DNA of 64,000 nucleotides from Haplodiscus bocki (Eukaryota): NCBI GenBank assembly GCA_965655095.1, contig OZ296653.1, positions 25,358,001 to 25,422,000 of the forward strand, read 5' to 3'. Shown piece by piece: positions 49,157 to 62,900 of this stretch (position 1 is its first letter; each line of letters starts with the position of its first letter). The notes under the pieces were generated by a model. It saw only the letters and a program-made list of their open reading frames with translations, ran no database searches and was not told where the DNA came from. The position numbers and the translations under genes were made by a program.

Positions 49157-51966
49157 GAGTTTTTGATTGAACAAACCATTTCCAGAAAAACACTCGTTAA
49201 ATATCAAACTAGCGATACAACAGTGGTTTTGTTTCTTTCGTTTCCTCAAAATCAGTGGTGGCACTGGTGATGAAGGGTATTTTACCTCATCGTGAATAAT
49301 TCTATACTTCTGAGTAAGTATTTTGGTTCGCTTCATTTTTGCAAAAACTATTGCTTCAGATGTTAATTCAATACTTAGATTGAGGCAACCGATGTTAGTG
49401 GGTGGACTTAATCAAGCGAAAACAGACAAAACAATTACGTCAAAAGAATATAAACAAAGATGTGAAAGTTTAATGCTTCGAAGGTCAAATTATTATGCAA
49501 CAACAGAAACTTCTTTTAAATATCAGGAACATGATTGCGCTTGAATGCAAAAATCTTCAGGAAAAGATGCATGTCAAAATGAAATTTTTTTGCCCAAGAA
49601 CTGAATATTGAATCCTAATTGGATACATGTCAGCTACTGGTTAATTATTGACTACAATTTTACAACTGCACATTTTTCACGATTATAGCTGATGATTGAG
49701 AGTGCTAAAATTTGAAACTTCAAAATTTATAATTTTGAAGTTATGACGGATAATCGAGTTGCGGTTATTCGAGAGTGAAATTTATGTCACTGCAGACATT
49801 TAATGTAATTAAGCAACGTCAACTTAACGCCTTTTCTTCTAGCTACTGCAAGTAATTATTAAATGTAAGCGAACTATTACACAAAAGGAAACAACTTGCT
49901 TAGTTTCACAATTTTACAAATTGATGTTGGCATTGATCGAATAGATGTCCGAAAAAAATGTCAAGCCATGTCCCTATAATATCAAAACCCTTCGGCTTCG
50001 ACATGGAAAAAATTTAAATCTAAATTCAATCTAAAACGATCATGATTGAAAAAAGAAATACAAAAGCTCTCGAATTGCGCTTTGTGAAAATTTTCTTTCG
50101 GGTACCAAAAATTCGTTAAAATAGAAATACAGTCTGCAACTCCCGATGAAAAAAAACCATGAATCCACATTTTCTGACAGAATGGTCATTTGCGGAATTT
50201 TCGGTGTTGCCCAATCCGGAAGAACGTGATAATTGCAGGTCCTTTTCCATGGCTTGATATTTCATTTGTTAGTTTAGAGTGATTGACGAATACTGCGGTG
50301 GAGCAAGTAGAATCCCCTCAGATTTGAAGTGATTTCACTATTTTTTGAATGTTTCATATGCCTGATAAATACATCCACTTTCAAGCAATACAGGCAATTA
50401 GACGCTCCCACTTTCTGAGGAGCACTTGTAAACACTTTTCGAGCAATGGCTGCTGGTCGATTTCTGAGAATATGCTGACAGTTGTTAGTTTCCGAGTCTT
50501 CATTTATACGATATCACGTTACACGAAAAAAATTATTTTACGTCAATAAACTGGTGCTGTAATCATTACACAGCCGCATATAAACTATGCCGATGTCACA
50601 AGAACACTGAAAACAAACATTGCAGTGTGAGAAAAGAATGAAACATGTCATTTGTTTCTGACTAAAAAATGGGAACGATACATATACTTGCGTAATACTC
50701 AAAAAAAACTAAAAATCAGTCGAAACAAAAAATTCAATTTTATCTAATTTACAATGGTGCTTGTTTGAAAATTCCACGATTAATATTACAGTACTTTTGA
50801 GATTTTATATCCACATGTATCAAGATAGGAATTTGGTTTTGCATTTCGATGTTTTAAGTACCTTTTACTTCGTTTTCGCTTACATTTCATATACTGTCAA
50901 GATGCCCCTCACATACTGATTACACTCACTAGTGGGCAGCTCCCTAGTGCTTACACAATCAAAGATCATACAGTAGTGTTTTGAAAAAACGGAGCTCCTA
51001 TGCATAAATTGACCGACTTTAGACATCAATATCTCTGAAACTATTCAAAATGGTTACTTTTGATAGAAAGGAAAGTTTGGTAGATTTTTGTCTAGTTTAC
51101 AATCGTTTTTGTTTCAAAATTTTGCGACAAAGATACCAAAAGTTAGAAATCGCCGTTTTCGGACAATTTTAAATAAATTTCGTGCATGTATGACATTTGA
51201 AGGCCTCAGCAAAAGTTTTATTGGACAAAATTTGTACGTAATTGTTCCTCTAAATATCTTGAAACCATTAATATACTTCGTTTTCAAAAATATTTCAAAT
51301 TGAGCATAAAATTGCTGCTCTTGTACAATGAATTTTCAAGTTACATGTTTTAAGATAGGGTTCAAGAATTGTATTTTGAAAGTTTGTGATAACTATTTAT
51401 ATTTCTTCAATCAAAATATGTCACAGGATTCAAAAAATTGTGGGGATTTTTTCTGGTACATTATTTCTCCAAAAAAAAATGTTTTCTTTAACGTGATCAA
51501 ACTCAAAAAAATCGACAGAAATTACCAAAATTGGCAAATATTAACCAATGAGATTTTGAATTGAGAGCAAATAACGAGATCCCATTGGCTAAATAGCGTC
51601 AATGAACGCTTTGAGCTCCATTCTTTTAAAGCACTACTGGAGACGGAATTGGAATCCTGAGATCCCAGAATTGGCAATAGTGATTTCAGACATATCTCGA
51701 AATTCCAACTCGTCCTTCTCAAAAACTACAGCTGTTAATTCTTGTATCAGGTTATGAATTGACGCTTTCATACTACAACTGGACTCTTACACTGAAGAGT
51801 CTACGGTTTTGTTTCTCACATTGGCTTGGATTCTTCCATCAAGGTCTCCATCGACAACTGTTTTCTCTCAAAAATGCGTTTATTTTTTAAAATCAAATGT
51901 TGTATGTTCAATCTATCATTTCTGTGCCGCCTTGATATAAAATATCGCAGTGCGACTGCGCCTCTT

Positions 51967-52359
51967 GTTTCCCGTTCATATTTATAATATGGAAGAATAT
52001 CTCTCGCCGCGTGCACGATATCCAACTTTGAAATTTTTCATCACCAAATTACATATGTGCTCTAGAATGCGTCCCAAATAGAAATAAAAATCAAAATCGT
52101 TTTTTCCCAGCAAAATATAGGGTTCTCTTTGAGAAAAAAACTCAAATTTTCACGAAAAATTTTCAGATCAGGAAACATTAGGAAGCTTGTTGTGGAAATA
52201 ACGCTTTTTTTCGACCAAAATTTAGGGCTTTTTGAAAAAAGCCAAACTTCCTTCAACTCAGACAAAAAACAGCGGTAGAATGCCTTTTTTCCATTCAAAA
52301 TAGATTTTAAAGTGAGAGGGCGGAAAATATCCGTATCCCGGTGGTAGCCGACCGTCTTT
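51967..52359 (+). mobile_element. DINE/HINE-like element, copy E
   Basis: 5' inverted repeat near 51967-52000 and GGCGGAAAAT at 52319, followed by a GC-rich end. Confidence 0.5.
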
Positions 52360-52366
52360 GAAACAT

Positions 52367-53113
52367 ATGCCGTCGAAACGTGATGTGAAACTTGGCAGAA
52401 AATTTACAGCAGGGCCCACAGCATTACTTTGGGCGATACAAGTAGACGATTACTGGTATGAAAGAGCCCCAAAAACAAATCGTACAACAAGAACAAGATC
52501 AACAAAAATTATGGAGCAGTTGCAGGCAGCGAAGCCGGGAGTCTGGGAGGCGAGATAGTAGGGGGGACAAAAAACAGACAATGAGATAGATGAATGGAAC
52601 GAAAATTGGCTTCTCCGTAACCCACAGTACAACTTAATAAGTGACAATTGTCAGAAATATTGCATTCAATTAATGATTTGGTTAACTGACGATAATTATC
52701 GTTGTGAACATAGAGCAAATGCAGCAGTTTTGGAAACAGCGGATCGTAAAGTGTTCGCGATCGATGGCTTTGCCACAGCAAAAGATGGAAATGCGATTGC
52801 TAGTTTTGGCGCCGCAAGAACAACAACGAGCGCAGGACCTACTTCAGTAACTGCCACCCTCTTACAACTAAATGCTCAAGTTGTTGCGGGACCTGGCTTC
52901 GGAACATTCGCAGATGCATCTCTTGCGCGTGTTGAAGCTTCTTATGGAAACATAGTCGGGTTGCATGCCGATCTGAATGCCAATACAGGAGTTGGAGTTA
53001 GGAATGGCAACTTCGAAGCCCATTTTTTTGGTTTTGGCGTTAAAATTGGCGCCGATGGAGTGGAGAAAATCAATACACCTATCGGCGGAGCTAATCTACG
53101 CTCATGGATGTAA
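52367..53113 (+). pseudogene. Permuted papain-like (PPPDE/DeSI/LRAT) domain fused to a Gly/Ala-rich beta domain; intronless, two frameshifts
   Basis: Joined frames read [L]WAIQVDDYWYE...GEIVGGT-KTDNEIDEWNENW...PQYNLISDNCQKYC. The NCQ catalytic motif is at 52646-52654; the His position is CTT instead of CAT. Confidence 0.7.
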
Positions 53114-53776
53114 CAAAAAACTGGCGATCTTCGTTTATGCCTGCATTCAAATCGCAGGTCATTCATATGTAAGCATTAAATGTAAAGTCACGTGGTTGCT
53201 ATGAAGTAAAATGAAAAATACTGAGAATTGAATTATAAATTTTCACATGATTCCTTTGTTGTGAAACAGTAACTACATTAGAAAGTAGCATTCAAGTGAC
53301 AGCAAAATGTTCATCAACACGCAAAAAATAATGAGCCGATTAGAAAACTGGGGTATTAACAGTCTATATCTAGAATACTATTGCAAACCAAAAAATGAAT
53401 TTTATGTTTTCAAAAACCAAAATGAATAATTGAAATTAATTTGAAGTTTTTGCAATCAAGAAAATTATTCTGCAATCTAAATTTCTAAAAATTCTGCCAT
53501 AGTCAGTCAATACAAATTTTGACTGGTGAATGCGTAATGATAAATGATTGCTCACGCAAAAAAGTCATTGTCTTCAAAAATTTGGAAAATAAATAATTTT
53601 ATTGTATTTAATGGCAATTATTTTCAAAATGATTTATTTTACAACTCTGCAGAAAAGTGTGGGAAATTGTGGAGTAATCGACCGCCTTCCACTGTTTTCT
53701 TAGAATCTAATGACTAAAATATTCAAACGAATGTTCAGACAAGTTTTTTTGCAAACACAAATGAACCAAAACTAAC

Positions 53777-54371
53777 CCTGAGAGCGCACTGTCTAAGAAC
53801 GTTGCACACTTTGCGGCTATTTCGAGCAAGGCTGTCTCTTCTGTGCTCTCGCCGCATCCACTTCTCTGAATAACTTCTGCTGGTGATTGCTCAGTATGGA
53901 AAAGAGAAGCCACTGGAAGACTCTGAAATATCTCCAGCGTCTCTGACAGCATTTCAGAGCACATAAGTCTGTCCTCCACACTTGCGGACCTCCAGCACTT
54001 TTTGAGGAAGTTGAAAGCGAAACTTAGAGCCGCTTTGCCTAAAGCCTTTCCGAAAAAGTTTTTCGGGGCACCATCTGAGAAAGCTGTTAGGGGTGCTTCT
54101 ACCTCGTGATGTACTTGCGCATAGGTATTTGCCCTTGCAAACTTCCCATTATTACTGGATGAGTTGAAGTGTTTCGAAGAACTTGCGGATTGAAAGCGGG
54201 TTTCAGTTACAGTTGAGGCCAGCTCTCTTTGCAGATACACGCTATAATAATTCTTGATACATCGAACATGATGACTAACAATATTGATAAATTCTGTGTT
54301 GTGAGCCGGTGAAAGAATTGACTTCTGTTCCGTCGAGGAAACTTTGAGACATCCATTTATATCTTCTGCGT
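53777..54371 (-). CDS. HERC2: HERC2 N-terminal exon
   Basis: AALSFAFNFLKKCWRS..ED..MCSEMLSETLEIFQSLPVASLF matches the conserved HERC2 AALSFAFAFLRRAWRSGED block. Acceptor tttag|AC; donor GG|gttagt is in phase with 48692. Confidence 0.9.
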
Positions 54372-57058
54372 CTAAATAAAATAACAAACAAACCACTACT
54401 TTTATATGACCAAAAGATTTATATGCATAATTTTTTCATTCCTAAGATGATCTTTTTCATTGAACATCAAGTTACATAAATACTGAAACAGAAAAAATGG
54501 ACTCTATGAAACCAGATACAACTAAACGAAACAGAATCCATACAATAATACAGAATTAGTAATTAAAAAAACTTTAGGTAACCCTATAAAAGTTCAGCCA
54601 CTTCATGTTCCAAAAGCGAAAATCAGCAAAATTAGGTTGATTTCTTGACAAAAATTCAAAGTTTTGCTCACTCGCGTGATTTTTAGAATTGTAAAAACGG
54701 TAGATAATATTTTAAGCCAAGCGATTCCATCGATTTATTTGAAACAGCCGAAGCGGGACTTGTTACACATTCTGACTTGTCAGTTGAGATCAGGGATCTC
54801 GACAGACATTTGAAACTATCATCGCAGATGTGATCGACAATTTTAGAAATACTAATCCAGCTGTCTATCAATAGTTTGTTCGAAAAAATTTATTGAGAAA
54901 AATACCTGTCACAGTCTCAAACTCGAAAAGTTGAGATGTCAATCTTGTCTCTTCAGGTTACGCCAAGTTCCTGCCTCATCTTCAACAAACTTGCACAGTG
55001 AACAAAGAGAAAATCTGCACGTACCTTCCAAAAAGAGGCCGTTTTCGACCGTTCACAGTAGAAGACTACACTGCGATGACGTCAAAAAAAGCAACTTTTG
55101 GACAAGTTGAAAAACTAAGCATGAACTGACCTCAATACATCTTCTTCCATTCAAACGGAAACTGTAAGAAAGCTTCGTTCGCCGAATTAGTAGCACCCAA
55201 ATTCTAGGTTTCGGCGAATAAAAAATTTCCCAGCAGTAGTTCGTTCAATTAAGCATTTCATAAAATGCTGGAAATATTGCGCAGTACCAGTAAGCCAGGA
55301 TCATCCGGGAAAATGCAAAACAGTACATCGCGGCTTCTTCCTCGATTTTCCATACTGCGGGCTTTTGAGTGAGTGATACAGACACAATTATTAGACAAAA
55401 AGAACTTTGAAAAAGATGCAACTAAAAAGATTTCAATCTTCAAAATACAAATCAAGATACTTCGCGTGTAAGAAATGTAACGGGACTTCTGGGTTTTTCT
55501 CCCGATTTTTCATATTGAAAGCCTTCGAAAGAGCACTGAATGACCACAACTCAAATGATACTTTTTGAGAAAAGCAACTTTGAAGAATGAAAAAACACAA
55601 AAAAGACTGTTTTCGCTCACTTTGAAGCAGCAGAAAACCTTTCTGGCAAGCAAACTTTTACGAGTCGGCTGAAAGTAGCAAAAATAAAAATATTTTTCAA
55701 TTTGGTCCCCGATATGACCATTAAACAAATTTGGAAGCAAAAAAAACTGAGGAGGTGAGGCGGAACTCGGCATCAAAACAGGGCATGTGAGTTGAGATCG
55801 AGTACTCCAAAAAACATTTGAAACCATGACCGGAGATTTGATTGACACTGTTAGAAATAAGACACCGGCAGGCAATCAGGAGTTTTTTTCGAAAAAAAAT
55901 GAATTGAGGCAAGTACCTGTCACAGTCTCGCACTCGAAAATTTGATATGTCAATCATGTCTTTCTAGTTTACGCCATTTTGCTGCCCAATATTCAAGAAC
56001 TTTGTTTGCACAGAGACAAACGCGATAATTAACAAGTACCTCCTAGAAAAAGGACGTTTTTTTCCCGTTTACACTAGATGACTAGAATCCCTGATGACTT
56101 CACAAAAAGCTAGTAGACAGGATAAAAAAACTAAGCAAAAGCCGGTTTCAATACACATTCTTCCTTTTAGTCAGAATGTGTAAAAAAACGAAAGAAACCG
56201 ACAACTGACAAAATCTACGATCCCCGCAAGGCTCAACATATTCGTAGGTGGCACCTTTAGGTTTTCGGAGGTTCAGGTTTTTTAAGAAAAACGAAGGAGT
56301 CATCACATGCTTTCGTTTGTCCGAAATTGCAGCACAAGTGCAGCAAGCAGATGGACCCTTTGTTACGTCATTCAGTGCCACTTGTTGAAAATTGGTACTC
56401 CCGAGATCGATACAAAATTTCTTGAATAATTTACTGCACTATTTGGAAATAACTTTTTTCATAAAACGTCTGGTATATGCGAAGGATGTATCACAAACAC
56501 TTTTGGTAATCCAGGGAAAAAACCAAAGGACAAATTAACGGCGTTATTCCAAACCGCAGTTGTTACTTTTTAGAAAACAATTTTTGACATATGCGGGGGT
56601 AGCAAAGTTTTGTGCACTTGTCTTCGCATAAATTTCCGCTGTACGTAAAGAGCGTATCACAAAATTTTTTGGATTTGGAAGGGATTTCATCATTCTTGGC
56701 ATCACTATATTTCCAATATTTCATCAAAATTATTCATTCCTAAGCTATCAAGCTGTAATTAATTTACATGAGCAATTTTGCCATATTCAACTTTTTGGTA
56801 GTGTAGAGTATTCGAATGAAAGTGATTTGACAACAAGGCACAGGTTTAAAAGTGCTCACAAAAAGCTCAGCAAAATAAAAATGTAAGGATAAATAGTGTC
56901 TACTTTAATCTCAAGTCTTCTGCCCCAGTCATTCCATCCTAAATTTTCATTTGAATAGAAACGCTCGTGAACACGTTAAGCTTACCTTAACAAACTGTTG
57001 TAAATGGACTTTATCAAGCTTCTTTACCGGTAAATTGATACAAAATGAACATTCTAAC

Positions 57059-57374
57059 TGAATTCCTCCATCCATCTCCAGTCGGCGAGAATGTGTGAGA
57101 AAGAATGGGTGGAAAAACCAGCATTGGTGTCTCTCTTGTCCTCTAAGATGCTCTTGACATTGCTTTTCTGACCATCGCTGACTTCTTCCTTGTTGACATC
57201 CAACAAACTGTCGACCGTCTTCAACAGACAAGCACTGCACTGCTTCTCTTCTCCGTCAAGGTTCCTTCCGAAAAAGCCTGAACACAACAACATTCTTAAG
57301 AAAACTTTGGTCTTTTTCCATTCAGATATTACGTCATATGCAAGTTTGCTGAAATGTTGGTCCTCAAATTCCAT
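57059..57374 (-). CDS. HERC2: Probable upstream HERC2 exon
   Basis: Open 106-aa frame on the same strand. Candidate phase-1 donor A|gttaga is compatible with the acceptor at 54371. No conserved motif recognised. Confidence 0.4.
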
Positions 57375-59512
57375 TCCCCATCTTAATATATAGCTGTCTC
57401 ACTGATTTCAAATACTCTAAAAACTGAAATGTTAAAATTAACACGTCTCAGTGATGAAATCGAAATTTCCGGAAAAGCGAATTCGTGAGTCGAAAATGCA
57501 GCGATTGGAATATCAGAAACGTTTCCAAGAAAACAACCCCGCCCACAGCGGATAGGACACAGGAAAATTTTTTATTTGTGCGCTTTCATCGGTACTATGA
57601 TGGTCATTATGCTCCCTCCTGTACTCCCACGCAGTCTTACTGCGTTTCTCCAGAAAAAAAAACATTTTCAAATGTCGCATGAAAGTCCTTGGACGAGGTC
57701 ACAAAATGTAGGAGAAAGCGTAAAAAATCGAGTAACACTATGAGTACTTCGTAAAATTAAAATTTTCCAGAGTCCTAAAAATGGGAAAATGTAGTATTGT
57801 TATACTTTGCCTGCATTTTCGTGATGCATTGTTTAGAGTTTAGCGAAACAAAAGGGATAACACTAGAAATGGTTCGAATAATATCAATTTTAACATGTCA
57901 AGTTCTCATCTGCATCTCATGCGCACATCATCACAGAATTTTGAAAGCAATAACCTTGAAGAAATTCTCTTCTAGACTTTGGGGTCCAATAAAATGAAAC
58001 CTTCGACCTTGAAATAGTTCATTTCAGCATAGAATATTTCCACGCTTTTTTGGAAAGTTTAGGAAAAACGCAAAAATTGCACAGAAACATATACTAAGGA
58101 AGCAACCATAGAGGAATTGAATGAATTTACACTTACAGACACATTTGGGTACTGCATTATGTGTTGTAGCAGCAGCAGCATTTTCAGATCCATTTCTCCT
58201 CTGTCGTAAGAGGTCATTGAACTTGTCACACTCAACTACGTATCTCTCGTTAGACAAGAGCTGCTGAATACCAAAAATAACCATTGATAAATAGATCTCA
58301 AATTCTGATTATACGGAATATTTCAACTAAATATATATGACTCACTTGTAAGAGAGCCGACAAGGGATCCCTTTCCAACAATTCGGTCATGAGAAAACGT
58401 AAGGATTCGTTGATGAAGTTACTACTTAATCAAATGACGATTTTGTTAATCATTTACATGATCTGAAATTCATCAACAATCGATGCATGATGGCTACCTC
58501 AGAAATCTTCCCAGGTCAAAAATTGTATAATTGATTCAGTTCAACCTCCAAAGGTCGTAGATCTTCTAAGATTAAACAGTTTATTCAAAAGGACTGCTTC
58601 CATATAGAACAATAATATCAGTAAGCGGTCAAGGGAATTTGACACACTCAGGGTAAATAATACTTTGAAAAATTAAACTCTCGCACATATTAAACTTACT
58701 TTGACGCACTTAAACTTACAAGTGTGAGTTTTACGACCAAACTATTGCTCTCGTCGTGATTGAGAAATGAGCTTTCCTCAGTTTGACAACCGAAGATTTC
58801 TAACAAAACTCACCGAAGTAAGCCTGGAAAACTTGTCGACCTTTCATTCAAAAATCTTAATCTTATCGTCTGCAAATAATCGGAGACTATTTAAGTTGAA
58901 CCTACTCAGTGTAAAAGAAGGATCTATGTTTCTCGATGGTAGGAACAAACTTCAGACCTCGTGAAAATTAGGCCTACAAGTAATTTTCTATCACTCACCT
59001 TTCAAGGTCAGACCGTAACATCTATGCATTATTTCACACATACGGTATGTAGATAAGTGATTGACCTCTAAGCCTGGACGGACTTGATCTTAACTTTCGG
59101 ACACTTCACAGCAGAAGTTAACAATTGGCAAACTAGCCTAACCTAACCTAACCGTGAACAAATAAAATATACGCTGACATCTCTTAGTTTCACAACTTGT
59201 TCAAAACTGAAAGAACTTCGGTCTTTTCGTGATTTTACCTATCACTCAAGCGGAGAATTTGAATGTATAGGATCAGCTTTCGTGTGCTGCCCGTCAACTG
59301 GCGAATAGTAGCACGTGATGCTCAGTATGAAAAACTCTATTTTAGTTCAACTATTGTAAAGCGTCATTTTTTGAAGAAGTGAGTAAAATAAAACCGAGGA
59401 GCTCAATAATCGATTTCGAACCTGTCAGCCAATCCCCCAATCAATATGTTCGAATACTTTTAGAGAAAAACAGTGGGCTTGTGAAATGGTAAAGAACATC
59501 ATTAGTAATTGA

Positions 59513-59927
59513 AAAGTTTGTGGGTTTGTTCCTTCCCTCTGCCCAATGCTTCTGCTGCGCGCGCACAGTGTAGCTTAGTTGTCGACAAGCAGGCTAGCCC
59601 CACACTCTAAAACTCTTAGGCTGAACTCCCTAAGTCAGGGAGCGATTGACTGAGCTGAATATTCAAATACAGAGGCGAAACGGAACTTCGCAAACTCTTT
59701 CTGAACTGTCACTTGAGGTCACGGATCCCGGAAGACATTTAAAGCCATGAAGGGAACTCTGATTGACAATTTTAGAATTACTGCACCGGCTGCCAATTGA
59801 AAAATTGTTCAAAAAGTCAAATTGAGAGAAATACCTGTCACAGTGCCTCACACCGAAGCATTTAATCTGTAAATCATGCTTTTCCGGGTTCCGCCATTTC
59901 ACAGCCTAATGTTTCGGAAATTTTCAC
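59513..59927 (+). repeat. Second copy of the 12311-12716 dispersed repeat
   Basis: Direct sequence match. Confidence 0.85.
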
Positions 59928-62900
59928 AGTGAATAACGCGAAAATCATCATTATACCACCAACAGTGTTTCATATCCAAGACAAGACCATGACTTTTGGA
60001 ATGAGGGGAACTGAAGTGCAAACTCTGTTGAAAATGGATCTATTCAGTGTCAGTCTGTTGTCTCAAGGTAGTTTTGTAGAATTATGCGTTTGAATATCGA
60101 GATTTCTCTACATTAATTAAACTTTTTGTCATTTTCAGCCTATCAAGATTTCGCAAGATTCCAATGTAAAGAACAAAACTCATGCATTTTAGATATTAAT
60201 CTCCCCTCTAAGTGAAACACGCTTCATTGGGACCTTGATGGAAGAAACGAAGCAGGTAGTTTCGAAAGAAATCCATATGAATGTCGAAAATACTAATATA
60301 AAAAAAATCAAATAGTACGAAAATGCATTTTTGGTAACTTCGGCCCATGAGATACTCTCTGCAAGAATCTAAACGTAAGATTTCACAAAAGAATAAGTGT
60401 ACAAGAAAAAAAATTGTCGATTGAACCCTTCATAGAAGAAACTCAGCGGGTAGTCTCGAAAAAAGATGTCTTTTAATATGTGAATGCTAAAAAAAATTTT
60501 TGGCCTTGTCGGCGTATCAAGAATGCAACAACGTACGGAACCAACGAAATGATTATTCAATCGCAAAAGTCCTCCACGAGTAAAAAGCAGCTGATGGTGA
60601 CCTTCGAAGAAACCAAGCCAAAAGTTATGGGAAAACAAAAATGTCATTAGGATCACGTCAATATTCAAAGCATTTTAAACACTTTTTGGACCGACGGGAT
60701 TCTGACGGAAGGAATAGCGTCAATGATTTTTTTCGCATAGTCGTCCACCAGTAGGAAGCTGCTGGTTCAGACTTTGATGGAAGAATTGAAGCCAATAGTC
60801 ATGAAGAAAAATGAATTTGAATATCGAGAAAGGTCAACATTGATAGTACTTTAGCAGTTTTTGGACTGTCAGGATTCACGTGGAGGTAACAGACATGATG
60901 ACCTTATACTCGAAAAGTCCTCCGCAAGTAAAACGCTGCTACTCGTTGGAAGAAACGGCCGAAATTTATCGAGAAATAAGAACACCATATAATGTCAAAA
61001 TTACAAGCACATTTAGCAGTTCTCGGACTCTTGCAATAAATGCTCAAGCAAAAGGCTGTCTATTGAGACATGCACCAAGCATTGAACCCTGTAGTTGGCA
61101 GAAAAGTGAGTTTCAACATGGGGAAAAATTAAGGAATGCACCAGCAAAGCCACATTTTTTTCCAAAAATTACATAAGAGCTTCCAAAAAGAGGAGCGATT
61201 TGTTTCAGTTAGGCTGCAAAATGGACGATTTTGTTTCAAAAAAAATATCCAGCTCACCGAAAAAACAAAATTCATCGAAGAAACAAATGTACCTAAGCAT
61301 CTAAAAACATACAAAAGATGGCCTCTAAAAGATTTCCAAACCACCACTTGTTAACCATCTAGCCGTGGTGACCTCGCGTCCTTGTAATAAGCAAGGCAGC
61401 AAGTGTGCTGAAACGATAACCTGCGTCTCATGGGCATTATCAGGATACGGAAAAAGTTCCGCTACCAAATCGAAAATTTTCCGACGGAAAATATTAAGGG
61501 CTTGATGATGTTTGCTTCTAGATACCTCAGCAAGACAAGACATTTTCAAAGTCAAATCGATTTCCATTCATTTCCAGCGAGATAACCTGTTTATTGTCTT
61601 TTACTAATCAACTATGTGAAGTGTTCGCCAAAGTAACTGGAACTCAGAAGGTAGAGTGTTTAAACATTGAGTCGAAGCTATGCTTGGCAAACACTTGCAA
61701 ATACTTACGGTTAATGAAATTATAAAGGAAAAAAACCATGCCGCGCAGAGGCCTGCTCTTGGCTCAGAATGTAGATACTTAAAGAAAATCAGGTTTAAAA
61801 AACTTGTAGGAAAGGGGTTTCGTAGCTGTTGTATGAATGTTTTAACCAAATTTCATCTAATTGTTAGCATAAAGCTGATCCACAAGACAAAAATCAAAAG
61901 CGCTCCAAAGTCAATTTGGAGACATTGGTGCAAAGAATTTGGAAAGAAAGCAAAAACAACTGTTTTCACCGACTTGAAAAGGCTTATTCAACTCAATTTT
62001 CTATGCAAAAATCTTAAATGGTCATGGAAATTTGCTTAAAAGGTTGGTTGCATCGTATCGGTTTTTGAAGCAAAAAGTTGAATTAGGAGGTTAAAGAGCG
62101 AAAAATGCGGAAAACCTGAACACGTCTTTTCCATCGCTTAAAGCTACTCAAAACCTCTATATGGAAAAACTTTGGATAACAACCATATTCTGATATAAAA
62201 CTCTCTACGGCTGCTACTAGTAGCTAAAAATTTGAAGGCAAAAATTGGAAAATTCCGGAGAACCAGCTAAATTAACTGTTTTTGTCCAAAACATTCATTG
62301 AGAAACTTCATGATCTTTCCGGTAATGAATATTTTGTTTTGATTTACGCTGTTTGCATGAACTAAAAGATAGTTTAGAAGGCAAAAGCGAGAAAATTCGA
62401 GAAAACGCAAAAATTATCCATTGTTAGAGGCTCAAAAGGAAAGTACAAGAAGTACCATAAAGAAGTACTGTATTACCTCAATTTTCCGCCGCCATTCGTA
62501 CAGCATATTTTGGGCCGATAACTAAAGGCGTAGACAGGCCGAGAGTAAACCTCCATATTTCAACGTTCAAGTAATTTCGTCGAGTTTAGCGTATAATCCA
62601 GCTTAGTGTTCATTTAGCCGTGCCAAAAACCATGCGCGGTAATTTGGCCTCAGTGGCAGATATTCCAACAGCGGGGGTTATCACGATATTTTGTAATAAT
62701 TGCTTCTCCGAAAATTTTCCGCGTTTCCCAGAGAGGGCATCTTTTTTTCGGAAAAAATGGCTCCTGAAAGGGGTATCTTCGTTTTCTCGTCAAAAAAATC
62801 AGACCATAGAAGGAAGTATCAACAGATTTTTCAATTTCCTGTTCGAAACTTTTTAATACGCCTCTGGAGTATAGTTGGTCAGGTTATTTTTGAGAAAATT

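Noticed and set aside
54683-54871. Additional HERC2 exon
   Set aside because: Abuts a repeat and has no convincing splice-site pair.
58024-58420. Further upstream HERC2 exons (gtaagt and gtgagt donors present)
   Set aside because: Could not establish a consistent phase or recognisable similarity; left unannotated.
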